Shown here in pieces: positions 57,257 through 64,000 of a stretch of 64,000 nt of DNA; position 1 is the first letter of the stretch; each line of letters opens with the position of its first letter. The position numbers and the translations under genes are program-made. This stretch comes from Candidatus Omnitrophota bacterium (lineage in GTDB: Bacteria; Omnitrophota; Gorgyraeia; JAZDFF01). The DNA is taken from assembly GCA_043808095.1 (NCBI GenBank), contig JAZDFF010000031.1:101073-165072 (forward strand), given 5' to 3'. The notes under the pieces were generated by a model that saw only the letters and a program-made list of their open reading frames with translations, was not told the origin of the DNA and searched no databases.

Positions 57257-58626
57257 TTAGATTTTTTTAATCCCTAATTCTTTTAATTGTTTATCACTGA
57301 CCGTAGATGGCGCATCAGTTAAAGGACAACTCGCCTTCTGGGTTTTGGGAAAGGCGATCACCTCTCGAATCGAATTTACGCCGCTTAAGATTGCAATCAA
57401 TCTGTCTAAACCAAAGGCGATTCCGCCGTGAGGCGGGGCGCCGTATTTAAATGCCTCTAACAAAAAACCAAATCTTTCTTTTGACTCTTCTTGACCCAGG
57501 CCGATTGTCTTAAATATTTTCTCCTGGATTTTACTATCGTGAATTCTGATCGAGCCGCTTGCAATCTCGTTTCCGTTTAAGACTAAATCATAAGACCTTG
57601 ACCTTACTTTTCCGGGGTCGGTTTCAAGAAACGGAAAGTCATCGCTATTAGGTGCAGTAAAAGGATGATGTTCGCTCTCCCAGCGCTTCTCTTCTTCGTT
57701 GTATTTAAAAAGAGGGAATTCATTTACCCAAACAAAATAAAATTCTGCCTTTCCTACATTAGGCTTGTCGCTGTTATATTTTCCATCGCCTCTTTGTAGG
57801 ATATCCTCTTAAAAGGAATTTTAAGCTCGATATCTTTTGCAATCCTGAATATATTATACATCAATTTTTCAGAAATTCGAAAAATATCTTCCTCATCCAC
57901 AAACGACATCTCTAAATCAAGTTGAGTAAACTCTGGCTGGCGGTCAGCGCGCAGGTCTTCATCGCGAAAACACTTGGCAATCTGAAAATATTTATCCAGG
58001 CCCGCTACCATAAGTATCTGCTTAAAAAGCTGGGGCGATTGGGGAAGGGCAAAAAACTTTCCCGGGCTAAGCCTTGAAGGAACAAGATAGTCTCTTGCGC
58101 CTTCAGGCGTAGATTTAGTGAGAATTGGGGTTTCGACCTCAACAAATCCCTCTTCATTCAAGGTCTGGCGTATTGCCTTGTATATGTTATGGCGCAACAG
58201 GAGATTATTTAACATCCTAGGTCTTCTCAGATCCAGGTAGCGATAGGCGAGCCTGACTTCTTCAGAGACGTCGCTGTCGTCTTCTATTTCAAAAGGCAGG
58301 TCCTGACAAGGATTTAATACGGACAGCTCTTGGGCGTAAAGCTCAATTTTTCCGGTAGGGATCTTCGGATTTTCGGTTTTTTCAGGCCGGCTCTCGATTT
58401 TTCCTTTTACTAAGATGACGTATTCATTGCGTAATTCGTTTGCCTTTTCATGAATTGAATGCGACTCTTTTGGATTGAAAACTACTTGAATTAAACCAGT
58501 CCTATCCCTTAGATCAATAAAAATAAGTTTTCCGTGGTCGCGCCTGCGATGGACCCAACCCACTAAGACAACATTCTGACCGATATCTTTTTCTCTTATT
58601 TCTGCGCAATAATGCGTTCTCGTCAT
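57257..58626 (-). CDS. aspS: Aspartate--tRNA ligase, split by a 1-nt frameshift at 57779-57782; lacks GAD insertion
   Basis: [26 protein letters not shown]; one added A restores [24 protein letters not shown]. Confidence 0.9.
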
Positions 58627-59882
58627 CGTTTTTCTAACTTCTTATACAATTCTTCGAGACTAATTTTTGATTGCTCTCCAAAGCGCATATCCTTCAGAGT
58701 AACTAGATTTTGACTAACCTCTTCGTCTCCCAACAGGATTACAAAATCTGTCTTCAGTTTATCCGCAGCGCGCATCTGGGCCTTTAATGACTTTGCCTCA
58801 TAATCAATCTCTGCAGAAATTCCGCGCCTTCTTAAATTATTTAGAATCACAAAGGCCTGATTATAACAATTCTGACCGATCGAGACAATATAGGTATCCA
58901 GTTTATCTGGCCTTGAGATCTTTTTCTTTTTATCTGCGCCAAGACTTAAAATTAATCTCTCAAGGCCAATGGCGAACCCTACTGCGGGCACGCAAATTCC
59001 GCCTAGTTCCTCTGCCAGATTATCGTAACGGCCACCAGCAGCAACGGCATCTTGACTGCCTAAATTATGGTGAGTAATTTCAAAAACTGTGCGGGTGTAA
59101 TAATCAAGGCCTCTTACAAGATGAGGCGATATCAAATATTGGATTTTTTGTAATTGTAAGGCCTCTTTTACTTTTTCAAAATGCGTTTTACAATCCTGGC
59201 AGAGATACTCGGGGCCTAAATCTAACTCACCGATAATTTCCCGGCAGGACTTGTTTTTACAATCCAAGATTCTTAAGACATTGCGTTTAAATCTATCTTT
59301 ACAAAGTGCACATAAATGGTTTAGTCTGGGTTTTAGCTTTTCTCTTAAAACCTCAGAAAAATTTTTCGTATCATTTTTGCAACCGAGATTATTTATAAAT
59401 AATTTGTAGTCATTTATACCCAAACCTTCTAAGATATTTAGACAAAGAGAAATAACTTCGCTATCTAAGTAAGGGCTGGTTGAACCGAGTGCCTCACAAC
59501 CGATATGGTTAAATTGGCGCAGTCTTCCTTTTTGCGGTCTTTCTGCCCTAAACATCGGTCCGATATAATAAAATTTGTTAAACCCTGATTTTTGATACAA
59601 ACCGTGTTCTAAATAGGCCCGTATAATCGAAGCGGTTGCTTCAGGCCGTAATACCAAAGAGGCGTCTCCTTTAGAAACTACTGAAAACATCTGCTTCTGA
59701 ACTACTTCACTGGCCTTGCCTAAAGAACGCACAAAAAGCTGAGCTTCCTCAAACAAGGGAGTACGGATCTCTTTGTATGCGTAAAGGTTAAAGATACGAG
59801 AAACTGATCCTTCAATTTCCTGGTATAATCCAACCTCTTCAGGCAGGATATCTTTTGTACCGCGGGGAGATTTGATTATCAT
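58623..59882 (-). CDS. hisS: Histidine--tRNA ligase
   Basis: [35 protein letters not shown]. Confidence 0.96.
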   Translation of the reverse strand: MIIKSPRGTKDILPEEVGLYQEIEGSVSRIFNLYAYKEIRTPLFEEAQLFVRSLGKASEVVQKQMFSVVSKGDASLVLRPEATASIIRAYLEHGLYQKSGFNKFYYIGPMFRAERPQKGRLRQFNHIGCEALGSTSPYLDSEVISLCLNILEGLGINDYKLFINNLGCKNDTKNFSEVLREKLKPRLNHLCALCKDRFKRNVLRILDCKNKSCREIIGELDLGPEYLCQDCKTHFEKVKEALQLQKIQYLISPHLVRGLDYYTRTVFEITHHNLGSQDAVAAGGRYDNLAEELGGICVPAVGFAIGLERLILSLGADKKKKISRPDKLDTYIVSIGQNCYNQAFVILNNLRRRGISAEIDYEAKSLKAQMRAADKLKTDFVILLGDEEVSQNLVTLKDMRFGEQSKISLEELYKKLEKR

Positions 59883-59888
59883 TTGGCA

Positions 59889-59929
59889 AACGAGGGCGGT
59901 GAGAAAACCTCTAAATAACCGCCCTCGTT
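59889..59929. terminator. Hairpin between HU/IHF gene and hisS
   Basis: AACGAGGGCGGT..ACCGCCCTCGTT 12-bp inverted repeat. Confidence 0.55.
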
Positions 59930-59963
59930 AATTGACTTTTATTGGTTATGTCTATAACTTAAA

Positions 59964-60245
59964 TTATCTTACTTTCTTTTTCATTTCCAGACCAGGTTTA
60001 AATACCGCTACTTTCCTGGGAGGAACAGGAACAACCTGACCTGTACGTGGGTTTCTACCGGTTCGGCTACGTCTTTCTTTTACCTTAAAGATGCCAAAAT
60101 TACGCAGTTCTACCTTCTCGCCTCGACTTAAGGCCTCGACAATACAATCAAAGGTCTTCTGAACAATTGCCTTAACCTCAATCTGCTTTATCCCGGTATT
60201 ATCAGAAACTTTCAAAACAATATCTTTCTTGGTCATCAAAAACAC
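59964..60245 (-). CDS. HU/IHF DNA-binding protein
   Basis: MTKKD, VELRNFG.F, GRNPRTG, FKPG. Confidence 0.93.
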   Translation of the reverse strand: MFLMTKKDIVLKVSDNTGIKQIEVKAIVQKTFDCIVEALSRGEKVELRNFGIFKVKERRSRTGRNPRTGQVVPVPPRKVAVFKPGLEMKKKVR

Positions 60246-60432
60246 CTCCTTTGAAATATGTAACTATAGTATCAACAAAAACTTACGAAGTCAAGGAAAA
60301 TCGTTTTCGGGAAAGATTCTTGCGATTTTCCTTGATCCTGAGGATCTTTAATTTGTTTTAAAATCATCGCAATTTTAGTATATCTTGAGCCTAAAAAGGC
60401 CGATATAATTTCTTATTTCAGTTTGAAGTTAT

Positions 60433-60618
60433 AAGCTACGACGGGATCTAGCTTGTCCCCCTTCGGGGGATGTCGCTAAATGGGCAAGTTGCTTATTTAG
60501 TAGGGGGATAACCCGCCGAAGCTGAAGACGAAAGTTCTTCAGCGAAGGAGGGTAAATTTAGGTACCACGCCTGCGTGCCGTAACGCCGCACTTCGGCGTG
60601 CAGGCGTGGGATATTCCA
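60433..60618. repeat. Nested palindrome cluster directly after the dnaE stop
   Basis: AGGTACCACG..CGTGGGG end shared with 26593-26654; CCGCCGAAGCT..AGCGAAGG unit. Confidence 0.75.
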
Positions 60619-63600
60619 TCACCATTTAAAAGTAAGGACGCTTCCCCCCAGCAAATCTTCTAAGCTGGTGATAAGCTCTTTGGTTGGCTGGATATAAAAA
60701 TCCTCTCCCACAATGATTTGAATTCTACGGCTAGTCGCCGAAGGGATATGCAGATACACCGGGACCTTGCCCGGCGAGGTAAGAAGTTTATCCTTGAGCA
60801 TCATCAGCAGGCTGTCTTTAGGATTAGGCATATCTATATATATGGAAGATATAGACTTAAATGCATATTCGATGGGCAAAAGATTATTGCTGATGATTTT
60901 AGGGCTTTCTTCTTTTAGGCTCAGTTTTCCTTTAATCAAAACTACACTATGTGGCTTTAGATAATGCGAGACCTTCTGAAAAACCTTGGGAAAAACTAAG
61001 ACCTCTGTCGATCCGCCAAGATCCTCGAGTTTTAAAATGGCCATGCGTTCATTTTTATCACGGGTGGTTACTTGTTTTATTGCACTTAGTAGACCTCCGA
61101 TACTTATTTCTTCTCCTTCTTTATGGTTAACCAAATCCACTACCGAAGCATTGGTAAATCTCTTAATTTCAACCTCGTAGCGCGCCAAGGGATGTCCAGT
61201 AACATAAAAACCAAGAATCTCTTTTTCAAAACTTAATACCTGTAGCTTTGGCCATTCGTTAATCTTAGGGATTTCCTGTAGCCGATTCACAAATGTTTGA
61301 TTGGCTCCTCGCTGGTCGAAAAAGGAAAGCTGGCCACTGCTTCTTTCCTTCTGGATACTCGCGGCCATATCTAGGGCACTATCTAAGATAGACATTAATT
61401 GTGCCCGATATAAGCCAAAACTATCAAAGGCCCCGCATTTAATTAAACTTTCGAGCACCTTGTGGTTTACTAACCTTAAATCAACTCTTTCGCAGAAATC
61501 ATAAAGCGACTTAAACTTTTCCGAAGCCCTCTCCTTCAAAATTGATTCAATAGCGCCCCTGCCCACATTTTTAATAGCAATCAATCCAAAACGAATGACC
61601 TTATCTTTGACAATCGAGAAATTCGCCATGCTCTCATTTATGTCCGGAGGAAGTATCTTTATCCCCATGCGGTTTGCTTCATTGACATATTCCACGATTT
61701 TATCGGTATTATCTTTTTCGCTGGTGAGTAATGCGCTCATAAATTCAGTGGGATAGTTTGCCTTTAAGTAGGCAGTCCGATACGATATCACCGCATAGGC
61801 GGCAGAATGAGACTTGTTAAATCCGTAGCCAGAGAAAAACTCTACTAAAGCAAAGATTTTCTCAGCGATCCTGCGGTCGATCTTTTTATTAAGACACCCG
61901 ATTATAAACTCTTTTCTCTGGGTCTCCATAACTTCAGGAGTCTTTTTGCTCATCGCCCGTCTTAATAAATCAGCCTGGGAGAGCGAAAAACCCGCAAGTT
62001 CCGAGGCAATCCTCATGACTTGCTCCTGAAAAACAAGGATTCCGTAGGTCTCTTTTAAAATTGGCTCTAAACTTGGATGGTCATAGATAATCGGCACCTG
62101 TGCGTGCTTTCGTTTCATAAAATCATCAAGCATGCCGCTACCTATGGGGCCAGGACGGTAAAGCGCTAATAATGCAATCAGATCCTCAAATTTTGAAGGC
62201 ACCAGTTTTTTCAATAAATCGCGCATTCCCGAACTCTCAAGCTGAAACACCCCCATTGTCTCTGCCTTGGCAAGGAGTTTATAAGTCTTGGCGTCATCAA
62301 GAGGGATATTTCTGATATCTAAATCCACACCGTGTATTTTTTTTATTAGTTTGACGGTCTCACTGATAACCGTGAGAGTCCTTAGACCCAAAAAATCCAT
62401 TTTCAATAAACCGATTTTCTCCAAGGCCTCCATAGGATAACCGGTAGTAATCTGCCCCTCTCCTACCTTACACAGTGGCACATAATTTGTCAGAGGTATA
62501 TCTGCAATAACGACACCTGCGGCATGGACCGAGGCATGGCGGGTCAAACCTTCCAGACTTAAGGCGGTGTCAATAAGTTCTTTTATCCTTTCGTCGTTAT
62601 CATAAAGGTTGCGTAATTCCGATTCACTGCGCAGCGCATCCCTAAGCCGGATATTGGAATCAAAAGGAACGAGTTTGGCAATCCTGTCTACCTCAGGATA
62701 ACTAATACCCATAACCCTACCCACATCCCTTATTGCCGCCCGGGCCTGCATCGTCCCAAAGGTAATAATTTGGGCAACGCTGTCTTTGCCGTATTTTTCT
62801 GTTACATATTCAATGACCTCTGGCCGGCGTTCATAGCAAAAATCAATATCAATATCAGGCATACTAATTCGCTCGGGATTAAGAAATCTTTCAAAGATTA
62901 AATTATATCTTAGGGGGTCAATATCAGTTATGCCTAAGATATAGCTTACCAGGCTCCCTGCAGCCGAGCCTCTTCCCGGACCAACGGGAATAGAATTTTC
63001 CTTGGCATAACGGATAAAATCCCAGACAATCAAAAAATAACTGCTAAAACCGGTTTTCTCGATAATCTTTAATTCATGATTAAGCCTACTTTCTATTAAA
63101 GGTGTCACCTCTTTATATCTTTTGGTTATTCCTAGAAGACAGAGCTTTTTTAAATATTCCTCTTTGGACAGATTGTCAGGCGGATCATAACGCGGCAAAT
63201 GCGATTTGGTAAAATCTAATTCCAGGTTACATTTTTTGGCAATCTCAAGGGTATTAGTTATGGCCTGGGGCACATCTTTAAAGAGATGCTTCATTTCCTC
63301 GGGGCTTTTAAAATAAAATTCATCGGTCTGAAAACGCATATGGTTGGGATCATCAAGCGTAGACTGGGTCTGGATACACAGAAGCGCTTCATGGGCCTTG
63401 GCCTCATTTTTGTATAAATAATGGATGTCATTAGTGGCAACCAGAGGAAGATTCAAATCCTTGGAAGCCTTAATCAAGGCCTCATTGACTAATTTTTGTT
63501 CCGGGATCATATTTTCCTGTAGTTCAAGATAAAAATTGCCTTTTCCTAAAGTCTTAGAAAACTCATCAGCGACTTTGTACGCCTCTTTAATCTGGTTTTG

Positions 63601-64000
63601 TTGAATCAGACAAGGGATCTCGCCCTTTAAACAGGAGGATAAACCAATAAGCCCTTTTGAATATGCAGCTAATATTTCTTTATCAATCCTGGGCCGGTAA
63701 TAAAATCCCTCTAGATAACCAAATGAAACCAATTTCATCAAATTACCGTATCCTTCTTCGTTTTTAGCTAAAAGTATAAAATGGTGAGATGCCTCCTGGA
63801 TACTGATTGAAGTCTTTTTAAATCTGCTTTCAGGGGCAATATAGACTTCGCATCCGATTATCGGTTTTATGCCTTGGTTTAAGGCCTCGTTGTAAAACTC
63901 TACGGCACCAAAAAGATTGCCATGGTCGGTAATGGACAATGCGTCCATCCCATTTTTTTTAGCAAGTGAGACGATGTCGCTGATTTTACAGGCGCCGTCA
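60619..64000 (-). CDS. dnaE: DNA polymerase III alpha subunit (5' end outside window)
   Basis: ITDHGN, GRGSAAGS, MPDIDIDF, KMDFLGL, YGFNKSH. Confidence 0.97.
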   Translation of the reverse strand, partial: DGACKISDIVSLAKKNGMDALSITDHGNLFGAVEFYNEALNQGIKPIIGCEVYIAPESRFKKTSISIQEASHHFILLAKNEEGYGNLMKLVSFGYLEGFYYRPRIDKEILAAYSKGLIGLSSCLKGEIPCLIQQNQIKEAYKVADEFSKTLGKGNFYLELQENMIPEQKLVNEALIKASKDLNLPLVATNDIHYLYKNEAKAHEALLCIQTQSTLDDPNHMRFQTDEFYFKSPEEMKHLFKDVPQAITNTLEIAKKCNLELDFTKSHLPRYDPPDNLSKEEYLKKLCLLGITKRYKEVTPLIESRLNHELKIIEKTGFSSYFLIVWDFIRYAKENSIPVGPGRGSAAGSLVSYILGITDIDPLRYNLIFERFLNPERISMPDIDIDFCYERRPEVIEYVTEKYGKDSVAQIITFGTMQARAAIRDVGRVMGISYPEVDRIAKLVPFDSNIRLRDALRSESELRNLYDNDERIKELIDTALSLEGLTRHASVHAAGVVIADIPLTNYVPLCKVGEGQITTGYPMEALEKIGLLKMDFLGLRTLTVISETVKLIKKIHGVDLDIRNIPLDDAKTYKLLAKAETMGVFQLESSGMRDLLKKLVPSKFEDLIALLALYRPGPIGSGMLDDFMKRKHAQVPIIYDHPSLEPILKETYGILVFQEQVMRIASELAGFSLSQADLLRRAMSKKTPEVMETQRKEFIIGCLNKKIDRRIAEKIFALVEFFSGYGFNKSHSAAYAVISYRTAYLKANYPTEFMSALLTSEKDNTDKIVEYVNEANRMGIKILPPDINESMANFSIVKDKVIRFGLIAIKNVGRGAIESILKERASEKFKSLYDFCERVDLRLVNHKVLESLIKCGAFDSFGLYRAQLMSILDSALDMAASIQKERSSGQLSFFDQRGANQTFVNRLQEIPKINEWPKLQVLSFEKEILGFYVTGHPLARYEVEIKRFTNASVVDLVNHKEGEEISIGGLLSAIKQVTTRDKNERMAILKLEDLGGSTEVLVFPKVFQKVSHYLKPHSVVLIKGKLSLKEESPKIISNNLLPIEYAFKSISSIYIDMPNPKDSLLMMLKDKLLTSPGKVPVYLHIPSATSRRIQIIVGEDFYIQPTKELITSLEDLLGGSVLTFKW

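Noticed and set aside
1321-60618. CRISPR array
   Set aside because: Repeats are dispersed and nested, not regularly interspaced; no cas genes seen
2594-61504. Numerous 60-160 aa antisense ORFs in the track
   Set aside because: Shadows of well-supported genes on the opposite strand

Overview
AT-rich bacterial chromosome segment, most likely Ca. Omnitrophota (PVC superphylum). That call is inferred from the PVC small basic signature protein at 6825 and the overall gene content. Most genes are housekeeping (thiC, dgt, aroB, apt, ppdK, glyQS, panB/panE, NfnAB-like pair, polX, recO, ybeY, phoH, aspS, hisS, dnaE), plus tRNA-Gly(CCC) and tRNA-Arg(CCT). Gene orientation flips from + to - at about 22.3 kb, exactly at a 28-bp dif-like site, so the window probably spans the replication terminus. 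Main observations: (1) An 18-bp palindrome, ACCACACAAATG(A/T)GTGGT, sits in the promoters of both lexA and dinB and is a candidate new SOS box. (2) Many short palindromic elements of several families are nested inside one another, show covarying stems and c(GAA/TTC)g triloops, and some are inserted in frame in glyQS and an M48 lipoprotein; no transposase is present in the window. (3) A four-helix-bundle (Avd-like) gene is flanked by inverted low-complexity arms, and an empty copy of the same arms lies 4 kb away. (4) An orphan ParA fused to a glycogen-binding module lies in a GH57/CBM cluster. (5) An archaeal-type Hel308 helicase is present. (6) aspS is frameshifted and lacks the GAD domain. 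All family assignments come from motif recognition by eye; no database searches were run.
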